Positions 1-10,244 of a stretch of DNA of 64,000 nucleotides are shown here, in pieces (positions within the stretch are counted from its first letter, which is position 1; the number at the start of each line of letters is the position of its first letter). Origin of the DNA: Salaquimonas sp. Lineage in GTDB: Bacteria > Pseudomonadota > Alphaproteobacteria > Rhizobiales > Rhizobiaceae. The notes beneath the pieces are model-generated. The model was given only the letters and a program-made list of their open reading frames with translations. It was not told the origin of the DNA and searched no databases. The DNA lies in assembly GCA_041739465.1 (NCBI GenBank), contig JBGSNX010000081.1:8573-72572 (forward strand). Reading direction: 5' to 3'. A program made the position numbers and the translations under genes.

Positions 1-72
1 TGTCGTTATTCCTGCCATTGCTGCCGCTAGCATCAGCGACCGGCGACCCAAAAAATGAACACTTCTTTTCAT
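1..72 (-). CDS. 5' end of a hypothetical exported protein (gene continues beyond the left edge)
   Basis: The reverse complement of 1-72 reads ATG AAA AGA ... = MKRSVHFLGRRSLMLAAAMAGITT. It has a Tat-like RR motif followed by a hydrophobic stretch. GGAAG lies 6 nt upstream of the ATG (70-72). Only 24 codons are visible. Confidence 0.3.
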   Translation of the reverse strand, partial: MKRSVHFLGRRSLMLAAAMAGITT

Positions 73-251
73 TGCATGCTTCCGCAGATTGTCTTTCCGG
101 TGCTTCTATAGCAGTCCTCAATTGGAATGCGAACGGGTGCAATAGAAACATGGCAAATCCGCCAAGCTTGCACTTGGCTTTTGAACAAGGCTAAAACGCG
201 GCGCGCCTGCCAGATGGCGCACTTGCCAACTGGCGTCATGAGGATCGTTTC

Positions 252-1643
252 TTGCAATACAAAAGCACCCGCGGAACCGCGCCAGTCCTTGGCTTTTCAG
301 ATGCACTGCTGGCGGGACTTGCCCGTGATGGCGGTTTGTATCTGCCGCAATCCTGGCCGCAGGTTTCGGCTGCCGAAATCACTGCATTTGCGACAATGTC
401 TTACAGTGAAGTCGCAAAGGCGGTTTTGTGGCCCTATGCCGGAGGTGAAATCGCAAGGGCTGACTTTGACGCGATGATCGATGCGTCCTACGCGACATTC
501 AGGCATGACGCGGTAACCCCGCTCGTACAGACCGGCCCATCCCACTACATTCTGGAACTGTTTCACGGTCCCACGCTCGCCTTCAAGGACGTGGCAATGC
601 AATTGCTTGCCCGGCTGATGGATCATGTGCTTTCGGGGCGGGGTGATCGGGCAACCATTGTTGGCGCGACTTCGGGAGATACCGGCGGCGCGGCAATCGA
701 AGCCTTTCGCGGTCGCGAAAACACCGACATCTTCATCCTTTTTCCTAAGGGCAAGGTTTCACCGGTTCAACAACGGCAAATGACGACGGCTACCGATGCC
801 AATGTTCACGCTGTGGCAGTAGAGGGCAATTTTGACGATTGCCAGGCGCTGGTGAAGTCGATGTTCAACGATCACAAATTTCGCGACAAGGTGCAGCTTT
901 CGGGCGTCAATTCGATCAACTGGGGCAGGATCATGGCCCAGATCGTCTACTATTTTTATGCTGCATCAAGGCTTGGGGCGCCGCAGCGGGCCGTTTCATT
1001 TACGGTTCCAACAGGCAATTTCGGCGATATCTTTGCTGGTTATGCCGCCAAGCAGATGGGCCTGCCGGTCGAGCGTCTGGTGATTGCCACAAACCGCAAC
1101 GACATTCTCGCTAGAACCATTGCCAGCGGGCGCTACGAAGTGACGGGCGTTCATGCCACCATTTCGCCTTCGATGGACATCCAGGTTTCATCAAATTTCG
1201 AGCGCCTGTTGTATGAGGCGGTCGGAGCCGACCATCAAGGCGTGCTGGCAATGATGGGTTCATTGACGCAATCGGGCGCGTTTGCACTGCCTGAGACAGT
1301 TATCTCACGCATTCGCGCCGAATTTGATGCCGGGGCAGCAAGCGAAGAGCAGACCGCTGCTATTCTTGCCAGAACCCTGCTTAACACTGGATACCTTGCC
1401 GATCCGCATACTGCCGTTGGTCTGCACGTTGCGCAGCAATACGCCGGAAATGCACCAATGGTGACGCTTGCCACTGCCCACCCGGCAAAGTTTCCCGATG
1501 CAGTGTTTGCCGCTACCGGCATCCGCCCGCAATTGCCTGCCTGGTGCGGAGACCTGATGCAACGGCCCGAACGCTTCGAAACGGTGGCAAATGACCTTGG
1601 TGCCATCGAGGCGTTTGTCGAAGCCCGGATCCGTCAGCCATAA
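252..1643 (+). CDS. thrC: threonine synthase
   Basis: 463-aa ORF with TTG start. The N-terminus MQYKSTRG..LGFSDALLAGLARDGGLYLP and the PLP region ELFHGPTLAFKD are typical of ThrC. Confidence 0.95.
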   Translation: MQYKSTRGTAPVLGFSDALLAGLARDGGLYLPQSWPQVSAAEITAFATMSYSEVAKAVLWPYAGGEIARADFDAMIDASYATFRHDAVTPLVQTGPSHYILELFHGPTLAFKDVAMQLLARLMDHVLSGRGDRATIVGATSGDTGGAAIEAFRGRENTDIFILFPKGKVSPVQQRQMTTATDANVHAVAVEGNFDDCQALVKSMFNDHKFRDKVQLSGVNSINWGRIMAQIVYYFYAASRLGAPQRAVSFTVPTGNFGDIFAGYAAKQMGLPVERLVIATNRNDILARTIASGRYEVTGVHATISPSMDIQVSSNFERLLYEAVGADHQGVLAMMGSLTQSGAFALPETVISRIRAEFDAGAASEEQTAAILARTLLNTGYLADPHTAVGLHVAQQYAGNAPMVTLATAHPAKFPDAVFAATGIRPQLPAWCGDLMQRPERFETVANDLGAIEAFVEARIRQP

Positions 1644-1717
1644 CCATCTTTGCGAAAGCAACTGACTTGGTGCTAAAACGAAATGACATGGCGGCAGTGT
1701 GACGGTAGAATGACGAA

Positions 1718-3001
1718 ATGAGCGTAGAAGTAACACAGCTTGAAAACGGTCTGACCGTTGTGAGCGAAAACATGCCCGACCTTGAAAGTGCGGCGTTGGG
1801 GATATGGGTCAAGGCGGGTGCGCGCAATGAAAAGCGCGAACAGCATGGCGTGGCCCATTTGCTGGAGCACATGGCGTTCAAGGGCACCACCAGCCGCACC
1901 GCGATCCAGATTGCCGAGGAAATCGAGAATGTCGGCGGCGATGTGAATGCCGCGACAAGTGTCGAGACCACTTCCTACTATGCGCGCGTGTTGCAGGATG
2001 ATGTTGAACTGGGGATCGACATTCTTCACGACATTCTGGCAAATTCGACATTCGACGAAGCCGAGCTGGAGCGCGAGCAGCACGTCATTCTGCAGGAAAT
2101 CGGGGCGGCAAACGACACGCCCGATGATCTGGTTTTCGACCTTTTCCAGGATACCGCCTTTGCTGGCCAGCCAATCGGACGGCCTATCCTTGGAACCCCC
2201 GAAACGGTGAAGTCATTCGGCGCGCAAAGCTTGCGAGCCTATCTTTCCGACCATTATCGCGGGCCGAGCATGGTGCTTTCGGCAGCCGGCAGAGTTGACC
2301 ATGCCAAGCTCGTGGCGCAAGCCAGCCAGACTTTCGGCCAGTTTGGCAATGAAGGTGGCGCTGCACCCCAGGCCGCATTCTACAGGGGCGGTGAATGTCT
2401 TTTGGAACGCGACTTTCAGGAAGCGCAGATCGTTATCGGCTTTGAAGGCAAACCGTACCAGGTTCGCGATTTTTACGCGTCACAATTGCTGGCAACAGTG
2501 CTTGGCGGCGGCATGTCTTCGCGCCTTTTCCAGGAAGTGCGTGAAAAACGTGGCCTTTGCTACTCGATCTATGCCTTCCATTGGGCGTTTTCTGATTCCG
2601 GCGTGTTCGGCATTCATGCCGCAACCGGGGAAGAAGACGCTGTCGAACTGGTTCCTGTAATCATCGATGAGTTGTTGCGTGCCGCACAGGACATCAACGA
2701 ACAGGAAGTGAAGCGGGCACGGGCGCAAATCCGCTCCAGCCTGCTGATGAGCATGGAAAGCCCCTCTTCCAGATCGGGACAGATTGCCCGGCAGATCCTG
2801 CTTTACGGTCGTCTCGTCACCAACGAAGAACTCAACGACCGGCTCGCGGCTATCTCTGCCGAAAGATTGCAGGATCTGGCCGTTCGACTGTTTACCCAAT
2901 CCAATCCGACACTTGCTGCGGTTGGCCCGGTCGGCGGCGTGATGCGTCAGGAAGAAATCGCTGCAAGGCTTGGCTTCCGTGCTGCGGCAGCGGCAGAGTA
3001 G
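1718..3001 (+). CDS. M16 family zinc metallopeptidase (pitrilysin-like)
   Basis: 427-aa ORF with the inverted zinc motif HLLEHMAFKG (HxxEH) near the N-terminus. Length is typical of M16. Confidence 0.9.
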   Translation: MSVEVTQLENGLTVVSENMPDLESAALGIWVKAGARNEKREQHGVAHLLEHMAFKGTTSRTAIQIAEEIENVGGDVNAATSVETTSYYARVLQDDVELGIDILHDILANSTFDEAELEREQHVILQEIGAANDTPDDLVFDLFQDTAFAGQPIGRPILGTPETVKSFGAQSLRAYLSDHYRGPSMVLSAAGRVDHAKLVAQASQTFGQFGNEGGAAPQAAFYRGGECLLERDFQEAQIVIGFEGKPYQVRDFYASQLLATVLGGGMSSRLFQEVREKRGLCYSIYAFHWAFSDSGVFGIHAATGEEDAVELVPVIIDELLRAAQDINEQEVKRARAQIRSSLLMSMESPSSRSGQIARQILLYGRLVTNEELNDRLAAISAERLQDLAVRLFTQSNPTLAAVGPVGGVMRQEEIAARLGFRAAAAAE

Positions 3002-3016
3002 CGTAGGGCATGTGAA

Positions 3017-3649
3017 ATGCGGCTTTTCCTGAACAAAGCCAGAGACCGGAAAGAACTGGGCCAAGGCAATGTCTGGCTGCGCGAGCCGCGCACAGAGGAT
3101 TTCGCACAGTGGCGCGATCTTCGCGAGCAGAGCGCCGATTTTCTCATGCCATTCGAACCCCGCTGGCCGCTTGATGACTTGAGCAAGGCCGGCTTCCGGC
3201 GGCGGTTGGACCGGCATGCCCGTGAAGCTGCCGCGCTTACCGCCCACACTTGGTTCGTCTTTGGCAATGGAGGCAAGGAACTGCAGGGCGGCTTGACGCT
3301 CTCGCAGATTCGCCACGGTGCCTCGCATTCAGGCCAGATTGGCTACTGGATGGGCAAAAGCCATGCCGGTAAGGGCATCATGACCCGTGCGGTTGGGCTT
3401 GTTCTAGCCGAGGCCTTTTCACGTTTCGGACTGGAGCGGGTGGAGGCAGCCTGCCTGCCGGAAAACATTCCATCCATCCGCGTCCTTGAAAAGTGCGGAT
3501 TTGTTGCCGAAGGAAAGGCAAGAGCCTACCTTGAGATAAACGGGGTGCGCCGCGATCATCTGCTGTTTGCAAGGCTGCGCAGCGATACATTCGTGCAAAT
3601 TCGGGCCCCTGAAAGTGTAGCGCAAATGCAAGGCGCAACGCTCCGATAA
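3017..3649 (+). CDS. GNAT family N-acetyltransferase (RimJ/RimL-like)
   Basis: 210-aa ORF with the acetyl-CoA binding region GYWMGKSHAGKGIMTRAV. It starts 15 nt after the peptidase stop. Confidence 0.85.
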   Translation: MRLFLNKARDRKELGQGNVWLREPRTEDFAQWRDLREQSADFLMPFEPRWPLDDLSKAGFRRRLDRHAREAAALTAHTWFVFGNGGKELQGGLTLSQIRHGASHSGQIGYWMGKSHAGKGIMTRAVGLVLAEAFSRFGLERVEAACLPENIPSIRVLEKCGFVAEGKARAYLEINGVRRDHLLFARLRSDTFVQIRAPESVAQMQGATLR

Positions 3650-3697
3650 AGACTTCCGTCAAGACGTGCGGCGTTTACGCGGGCGGCTTGGCAGGTT

Positions 3698-6658
3698 ATG
3701 GCATTTGCAGAGCGCATGTGGGCCAAGGCCTGCGCGCGACAAAGCTTGGAACAGGCAGCATTGAATTTTGCAATCAAATCACTTCGGCACGCGCTGCTAT
3801 TGCTGGCATTGTCAGCATTGGCCGCGTTGTGCATTTCCAGCCCGTCGATCGCGCTGGAGCCTGTTGTGGTCAGCAAGGATGCGCCTGCGATCGATTTGAC
3901 AACGTCGCTGGAGATGCATCTTCGCCATTCAGGAAGCCTGCGCATTTCCACCGCTCCCGATCTTGATGGCATTGTGCGCCGCATTGAGGTGCGTCCCAAA
4001 CTTGACGAGGATGCCAGCAATTGGGCGGTATTCTCGCTTGCCAACAACAGCAACGAGCAGATCGACAGGCTGATTGTGGCTCCCCACTACCGACTGGCAG
4101 GTTCAGGGGTGTTCTGGCCAAACCTCGACACTGCCCGCATTGGTTCGATCACGCCCAGCGAAGGATTTTCGCTGGAAGCGCGCCAGGACCGCGAAGCTGA
4201 TGTTTTCCTCGTGACCCTTGATCCGGGTGCAGTCGTCACGCTGATCGCCGAATTGCACACGCCCTCGCTGCCCAAGCTCTATCTTTGGGAGCCTGACGCC
4301 TACAAGGACACAATCAACAGCTACACGCTGTATCGCGGCATTGTTCTTGGAATATCGGGCTTGCTAGCCGTGCTGTTGACCATTCTGTTCGTGGTCAAGG
4401 GTTCGGCTATGTTCCCGGCCACTGCCGCGTTGGCATGGGGCGTGTTGGCCTATGTGTGCGTCGATTTCGGGTTCTGGGACCGGGTGATCACCATCTCGCC
4501 CGCCGGCGCGCCAGTCTGGCGGGCGAGCGTGGAAGTGTTCCTTGCAGCAGCATTGCTGATTTTCCTCTACGCCTACCTCAATCTCAACCGGTGGCATTCG
4601 CACTTCTCCACCGTCGCCATTGGCTGGCTGCTTGGCCTTGTGCTGTTGCTTGGCGTGGCCATTGCAATTCCGGAGGTCGCAGCAGGCATAGCCCGCCTGT
4701 CGTTTGCGCTGACCTGTCTTGCAGGCGCGGGTCTCATCGTTTTCATGGCATTGCGCGGCTTTGACCGCGCCATCATGCTGATACCGACCTGGATCTTGAC
4801 GCTGGCTTGGCTGATGGGAGCCTGGCTAACCGCGACAGGGGCAATTTCCAACGACATCATTCAGCCTGCACTTGCCGGGGGGCTGGTTCTGATTGTCATG
4901 CTTCTTGGCTTTACGGTGATGCAGCATGCATTCGCCGGCGGTATCTTGTCGGAAGGCATTGTCAGCGATGTCGAACGGCAGGCATTGGCCCTGACTGGAT
5001 CGGGTGACATCCTGTTTGACTGGGATGCAATGCGCGATTTCATCCACACAGGCGAGGAAGCTGCCAATATTCTGGGCCTGCCGGATCGGGTGTTGAACGC
5101 GCCGGCCAAAACCTGGATCAACCTGGTGCATCCCAACGACCGGGAGCGGATCAGATCGTCGCTCGATGCCATGGTCGACCACAAGCGCGGCCGCATCGGC
5201 CAGACCTTCCGATTGCGCTCTGACGCGGGACAATATCACTGGTTCCGCATGAAACTGCGGCCACTGCTTGGAACCAGCGGTGAACTCATTCGCTGCATTG
5301 GCACAATCAGCGACATTACCGATGCGAAAAATGCCGAAGAACGGCTGTTGCATGACACCATTCACGACAATCTCACAGGCCTCGACAACCGGCTGCTACT
5401 GGTCAGCCGCCTCGAAACCGTGATGTCGCTGTCAAAGCGGGACAATGGCGCAAGGCCTTCGGTCTTTCACATCAACATCGACAAGTTCCGCGAAATCAAC
5501 AATCGGCTCGGCTTTGGCGTTGGCGACACCATCCTGCTGACCGCGGCGCGGCGACTGAGCCGGCTGTTGCGGGCGGGGGACAGTCTTGCCCGCCTTGACG
5601 GGGACCAATTTGCGCTGCTGTTGTTGGCGGAGACTGCGCCGGACAAAATTGCCGCCTTCGCAGATTCCATCCGCAAGACGCTGAATGCGCCATTGATGTT
5701 TGCGGGCGATGAGTTGAACCTCACTGCCTCCATAGGCATTGCCACCATGACCGGTGAACACTCGCTTCCAGCAGACATTCTGCGCGATGCTGAGCTTGCC
5801 ATGATCCAGGCCAAGCGGTTTGGCGGAAACCGGATAGAGCCCTTCCGCCCTGCGTTCCGAACGGCCCGCGACGAGACAACGCTGCTTACCGAAGACCTCA
5901 AGCAGGCGATCGAGCGCAAACAGATTTCAGTGCTCTATCAGCCGATTGTTGCCCTGTCTGACAAGATCATTGTTGGTTTTGAAGCACTGATCCGCTGGAA
6001 CCATCCAAGACTGGGCCAGGTTTCACCGGCTGATTTCATACCGGTGGCAGAGCGTTCGGGATTGATAAACCTGCTCGGCGCCTACGTCATGGAAACCGCT
6101 GCGAGTGACTTTGCGGGCCTTGCCCGCAGAACGGGCGACAACACCCTGTTTGTCAGCATCAATCTTTCGAGCCGTGAATTGCTTCGGCATGACATTGTCT
6201 CCGATATCGCCGAAATCCTTGAAAACACCTCCCTGCCAGCGTCGATGATGCGCATTGAACTGACGGAAAGTCTGGTGATGGAGAACCCGGAGAACTCCAA
6301 TGAAGTGCTGCGGCGCATCAAGGCATTGGGCGTCGGCCTGTCGATGGACGATTTTGGAACCGGCTATTCCAGTCTAGCCTATTTGATGCGGTTCCCGTTC
6401 GATACGATCAAGATCGACCGTAGCTTCATACAGGCCCGGGACCGCAAGGAGCGTCTGGTTGTGTTGCGCTCGATCATCGCCATGGCACATGGCCTTGACC
6501 AGAAACTGATTGCAGAAGGCGTGGAAACTGAAACCGACGTGGCTGAACTGTTGCAACTCGGATGCGAGTTTGGCCAGGGCTACCTGTTTGGTGAGGCGAT
6601 GGGCATTCAGCAGGCGGAAGCGATGGTGGTTGAAGAGTATCGCCTCGCCGGCCAGTAA
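3698..6658 (+). CDS. membrane sensor with 7TMR-DISM-like N-terminus, PAS, degenerate GGDEF and intact EAL domains (predicted c-di-GMP phosphodiesterase)
   Basis: 986-aa ORF. It has a signal/periplasmic region, then about 7 hydrophobic helices and a PAS-like segment. The GGDEF position reads DGDQF. EAL signatures are intact: EALIRW, DDFGTGYSSL, IKIDRSF, EGVET. Confidence 0.9.
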   Translation: MAFAERMWAKACARQSLEQAALNFAIKSLRHALLLLALSALAALCISSPSIALEPVVVSKDAPAIDLTTSLEMHLRHSGSLRISTAPDLDGIVRRIEVRPKLDEDASNWAVFSLANNSNEQIDRLIVAPHYRLAGSGVFWPNLDTARIGSITPSEGFSLEARQDREADVFLVTLDPGAVVTLIAELHTPSLPKLYLWEPDAYKDTINSYTLYRGIVLGISGLLAVLLTILFVVKGSAMFPATAALAWGVLAYVCVDFGFWDRVITISPAGAPVWRASVEVFLAAALLIFLYAYLNLNRWHSHFSTVAIGWLLGLVLLLGVAIAIPEVAAGIARLSFALTCLAGAGLIVFMALRGFDRAIMLIPTWILTLAWLMGAWLTATGAISNDIIQPALAGGLVLIVMLLGFTVMQHAFAGGILSEGIVSDVERQALALTGSGDILFDWDAMRDFIHTGEEAANILGLPDRVLNAPAKTWINLVHPNDRERIRSSLDAMVDHKRGRIGQTFRLRSDAGQYHWFRMKLRPLLGTSGELIRCIGTISDITDAKNAEERLLHDTIHDNLTGLDNRLLLVSRLETVMSLSKRDNGARPSVFHINIDKFREINNRLGFGVGDTILLTAARRLSRLLRAGDSLARLDGDQFALLLLAETAPDKIAAFADSIRKTLNAPLMFAGDELNLTASIGIATMTGEHSLPADILRDAELAMIQAKRFGGNRIEPFRPAFRTARDETTLLTEDLKQAIERKQISVLYQPIVALSDKIIVGFEALIRWNHPRLGQVSPADFIPVAERSGLINLLGAYVMETAASDFAGLARRTGDNTLFVSINLSSRELLRHDIVSDIAEILENTSLPASMMRIELTESLVMENPENSNEVLRRIKALGVGLSMDDFGTGYSSLAYLMRFPFDTIKIDRSFIQARDRKERLVVLRSIIAMAHGLDQKLIAEGVETETDVAELLQLGCEFGQGYLFGEAMGIQQAEAMVVEEYRLAGQ

Positions 6659-6675
6659 GCTGGCTGAAACGCTGC

Positions 6676-7287
6676 TCAGGCGTGGCCGGCTTCGCCCGAC
6701 AGCAACAATGGATTGATGCCCATGTTGCGCAGCGCGCGCTGGTACTTGGTGTCTTCTTCAAGATCGAAAATCAGCGTTGCATCGGCATTGCAGGTCAGCC
6801 AGCCATTGGCACTGATTTCTTCTTCAAGCTGCCCGGCAGCCCATCCGGAATAGCCAAGCGCAATGAATGCCCTGCTTGGCCCGCGACCAAGCGATATGGC
6901 GCGAAGAATCTCAAGTGTCGCTGTCAGCGAAACGCTTTCGTCGATGACGATGGTTGATTCAGCAACATATTCGGGGGAATGCAGGACGAACCCCCTGCCC
7001 GGTTCAACCGGCCCGCCATTGTAGAGTGGCGTGCGAGACAGATGCGCAGCAAACCGCTTCTTTTCGTCCTCGCTGATCACATTCAACTGGGTCAGAAAAT
7101 CGGGAACCGAGGGCTTTTCCAGTGTGCGGTTGATGACAAAACCCATCGAACCATCTTTGGAATGGGCGCACACAAACACAACGGTTCGCTCGAACCGGGC
7201 GTCGCCCATGTTGGGCATCGCAACCAGAAACTGGCCTTGAAGCGAATCGAGGCTGCGAATCATCGAGGATCTTCCAGAAGTCTTCAT
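6676..7287 (-). CDS. YqgE/AlgH family protein (UPF0301)
   Basis: 203-aa ORF with the family N-terminal block GQFLVAMPNMGDARFERTVVFVCAHS. The start could also be the internal Met at 7263. Confidence 0.85.
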   Translation of the reverse strand: MKTSGRSSMIRSLDSLQGQFLVAMPNMGDARFERTVVFVCAHSKDGSMGFVINRTLEKPSVPDFLTQLNVISEDEKKRFAAHLSRTPLYNGGPVEPGRGFVLHSPEYVAESTIVIDESVSLTATLEILRAISLGRGPSRAFIALGYSGWAAGQLEEEISANGWLTCNADATLIFDLEEDTKYQRALRNMGINPLLLSGEAGHA

Positions 7288-7420
7288 ATCTCACTTTAGC
7301 GCGACAATTCGTCCGGGAAAAGCCGGTGGATGTGCAACTTTGCGATCTCCTTCACTGAAAAATGAGCAAATGGCATCAGAGTTGGTTCGCATTCTTCCAT
7401 GTCCGGGAGTAGTTCAAGGC

Positions 7421-8227
7421 ATGACCAGATCATTCCCATTTGCTGTCCTTGCGGTTTCCTTGTGGTTTCCGTTTTCTGCGCAAGCTGCTTCCACCCAGTG
7501 GCAAGATCTGGGCGGAGGAGAGGCGCGGCTGTCTGCAAATGTCGACCCGGCCAGCGGAAAGGTTTCGGGCGTTGTTGAAATCCGCCTAAAGCCGGGCTGG
7601 AAAACCTATTGGCGCGAGCCGGGCGGCTCCGGCATTCCACCTATATTCGACTTCTCGAAGTCGGAAAATTTCGCAGGCGTCGAAGTGGCCTACCCAGCGC
7701 CGAAGCTTTTGAAGTCTGGCTCAAGCGAGTTTGCCGGTTACGACGGACCGGCAGCATTTCCGTTTGAGGGATCGCGCCCTAACCCTAGGCAGGGCGGCGC
7801 CTTGCGGTTGGAATTGCTGGCCGGCGTTTGCGAGGAAATCTGCATACCTGCCCAAGTCTCCTTTGAAATCGGCGAAGCAGAACTCAACCAATCTGATCCA
7901 AGGACCGAAACACTGGTTGCTATGGCCCGACTGAACCTGCCCGGTGAACCCAATGCGCAGTTCAAGGTCGAGAGCGTGGTGGTTTTGGACAAAACGCTGA
8001 CCATTTCAGCCTTGGTCCCGCAATCAGACCAATTGGCGCTGTTCGCCCAAGGTCCGTCGGGTTGGTACATGGCATTGCCAAAGCTTTCTGCGAGATCTGA
8101 AAACCGGGCTGAATTCACAGTGGAAATGACGGGTCAACCCAAGGGCTTCGTGGCGTCAGGGCAACAATTCCGGTTTACGCTTGTGGCTGGGTCCAGAGCC
8201 ATCGAACAAAGCCTGACCGCCCAATAG
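7421..8227 (+). CDS. periplasmic DsbD N-terminal-domain-like (thiol:disulfide interchange) protein
   Basis: The ORF was trimmed to the ATG at 7421, which gives the signal peptide MTRSFPFAVLAVSLWFPFSAQA. Motifs GWKTYWREPG and CEEIC are typical of DsbD-alpha/ScsB-like domains. Confidence 0.75.
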   Translation: MTRSFPFAVLAVSLWFPFSAQAASTQWQDLGGGEARLSANVDPASGKVSGVVEIRLKPGWKTYWREPGGSGIPPIFDFSKSENFAGVEVAYPAPKLLKSGSSEFAGYDGPAAFPFEGSRPNPRQGGALRLELLAGVCEEICIPAQVSFEIGEAELNQSDPRTETLVAMARLNLPGEPNAQFKVESVVVLDKTLTISALVPQSDQLALFAQGPSGWYMALPKLSARSENRAEFTVEMTGQPKGFVASGQQFRFTLVAGSRAIEQSLTAQ

Positions 8228-8308
8228 TTTTTCCTCGAATTTTCCAGTTTCGACCTTATAACACGCTGCGAAGCTGTTTCTTGCAGCAGTTCAACCTTGA
8301 GGAAAATC

Positions 8309-8797
8309 ATGACAATTGAAGCAGGCCAACAGCTACCCGAAGCAATGTTCAAAGTGATGACGCCAGATGGTCCCGCTGACCGTACGGTCGGCGAAGTTTT
8401 TGGCGGCAAGAAGATCGTGCTGTTTGCGGTACCGGGTGCATTCACCCCGACATGCACGATGAACCATCTGCCGGGATATCTTGAGCATCACGAGACAATT
8501 CTCTCGAGCGGCGTCGACGCAATCGCGGTGGTTTCGGTCAACGATGTCTGGGTGATGTCGCAATGGGCCAAATCGACCAAGGCCGAAGAAAAGATCATTT
8601 TCCTTGCCGATGGCAATGGCGCGTTTACCCGCGCAGTCGGCCTGGAAGCTGACATGAGTATTGCGGGTTTCGGGAGCCGGTCGCGGCGTTATTCGATGAT
8701 CGTAGACAATGGCGTTGTGAAATCCGTCAATGTCGAGCAAGGCCGCGGCGTTGATGTTTCCGGCGCAGCGCACATCCTTGAGCAATTGAAGGCCTAG
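8309..8797 (+). CDS. peroxiredoxin (Prx5/AhpC-TSA type)
   Basis: The ATG at 8309 is preceded by GAGGAAA. The peroxidatic Cys lies in the context PGAFTPTCT. About 162 aa. Confidence 0.9.
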   Translation: MTIEAGQQLPEAMFKVMTPDGPADRTVGEVFGGKKIVLFAVPGAFTPTCTMNHLPGYLEHHETILSSGVDAIAVVSVNDVWVMSQWAKSTKAEEKIIFLADGNGAFTRAVGLEADMSIAGFGSRSRRYSMIVDNGVVKSVNVEQGRGVDVSGAAHILEQLKA

Positions 8798-9267
8798 GCT
8801 GAGCCGGGTTCGGCTTTTTTCGACTTGAAAGGTGCCATGCCGTCGCGGGCCAGTTCGTCCGCACGCTCGTTTTCCGGGTGACCGGCATGGCCCTTGACCC
8901 AATGCCAGGCGATCGAATGTCTTGTGGTCGCGGTGTCCAACTCGCGCCACAAATCCTCGTTCTTTACCGGCTTCTTGTCGGAAGTTTTCCAGCCATTGCG
9001 TTTCCAGTTGGCAAGCCAGCCGGTTACCCCGCCGCGTACATATTGGGAATCGGTATAGAGGTCGATCTCACATCTGCGCTTGAGCGCATTGAGCGACTCA
9101 ATTGCGGCGCGAAGTTCCATCCGGTTGTTGGTGGTCTCGGCTTCACCGCCACTTAGTTCCCGCTCGTGCCCGCCATAGCGCAGCACTGCCCCCCAGCCAC
9201 CGGGGCCGGGATTTCCCGAGCATGCCCCGTCCGTCCATATTGATACCCGGCCTGTCTCCTGCGTCAT
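8794..9267 (-). CDS. rnhA: ribonuclease HI
   Basis: 157-aa ORF with [20 protein letters not shown] and the C-terminal [18 protein letters not shown]. Its start overlaps the thrB stop (ATGA). Confidence 0.95.
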   Translation of the reverse strand: MTQETGRVSIWTDGACSGNPGPGGWGAVLRYGGHERELSGGEAETTNNRMELRAAIESLNALKRRCEIDLYTDSQYVRGGVTGWLANWKRNGWKTSDKKPVKNEDLWRELDTATTRHSIAWHWVKGHAGHPENERADELARDGMAPFKSKKAEPGSA

Positions 9268-10241
9268 TCGGCCATGACCGGGACAAAGCCGTATTGCTGT
9301 GCGGATTTGACAGTTTGGTGGAACCTGAGCTTTGCCAAATATTCGCGCGGATCGTGCGGAATGACCAATGCACCCGGCGGCACGTTCAGCCAGTCATACA
9401 AGCGGGTCAGCAAAAAGCGCATGGCCGAACCGCGGGCCAATATCGGCAATGCCGAAAATTCAGCGTCGCTCAGCGGGCGGATCGCGCAATAGTTCGACAA
9501 CATTGCGGCCGCCTTTTGCGGATCAATTTGCCATTTTTCGTCAAAGCACCAAGCATTGAGGCAGATGGACAAATCATAAGCGGTGATGTCGTTGCAGGCA
9601 AAATAGAAGTCGATTACGCCCGAAAGATTGTCGCCAAGAAAAAACACATTGTCGCGGAAAAGATCGGCATGAATGACCCCGCGCGGCAGGGATGAGGGCC
9701 AGTTGGCTTCAAGATAATCGAGCTCACGCGCAATGAACGGGGCCAGACCATCTTCAACTTCGCTTGCACGTTCAGCCGATCTTTGTGCCAGCGGTCGCCA
9801 GTTCGCCAGTGTCAGGGCATTGGCGCGGTGAATATCAAACCCGTCGGCGGCAAGGTGCATTCTTGCGAGGATTGCGCCGACCTGTCCGCATTGCGCCGGG
9901 GTTGGCATGCGCACGGAAACTCCGTCCAGCCATGTGACAATGGCTGCCGGCTTGCCTTCCAGCGTACCCAAAAGCTGCCCATCGCGCATGGCGACGGGGC
10001 GCGGGCAAGTGATCCCCCGCCCTGCCAGATATTGCATGAGCCCAAGAAAAAACGGCAGGTCCGCCGGGTTCACCCGTTTTTCATACAGTGTCAGGATGAA
10101 TTGCCCGGCGTCTGTTCCTAACATGAAATTGGAGTTTTCAACGCCCTCGGCAATGCCCTTGAGGGCGTGAAGTTCGCCAAGGTCGTAGTGGCGCAAATGG
10201 GCGCGCAACGCATCGTCGCGTATTTCGGTGTAGACAGCCAA
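9264..10241 (-). CDS. thrB: homoserine kinase (aminoglycoside-phosphotransferase fold type)
   Basis: 325-aa ORF with the N-terminus [26 protein letters not shown] and the kinase motif [13 protein letters not shown]. Confidence 0.9.
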   Translation of the reverse strand: MAVYTEIRDDALRAHLRHYDLGELHALKGIAEGVENSNFMLGTDAGQFILTLYEKRVNPADLPFFLGLMQYLAGRGITCPRPVAMRDGQLLGTLEGKPAAIVTWLDGVSVRMPTPAQCGQVGAILARMHLAADGFDIHRANALTLANWRPLAQRSAERASEVEDGLAPFIARELDYLEANWPSSLPRGVIHADLFRDNVFFLGDNLSGVIDFYFACNDITAYDLSICLNAWCFDEKWQIDPQKAAAMLSNYCAIRPLSDAEFSALPILARGSAMRFLLTRLYDWLNVPPGALVIPHDPREYLAKLRFHQTVKSAQQYGFVPVMAE

Positions 10242-10244
10242 GGA

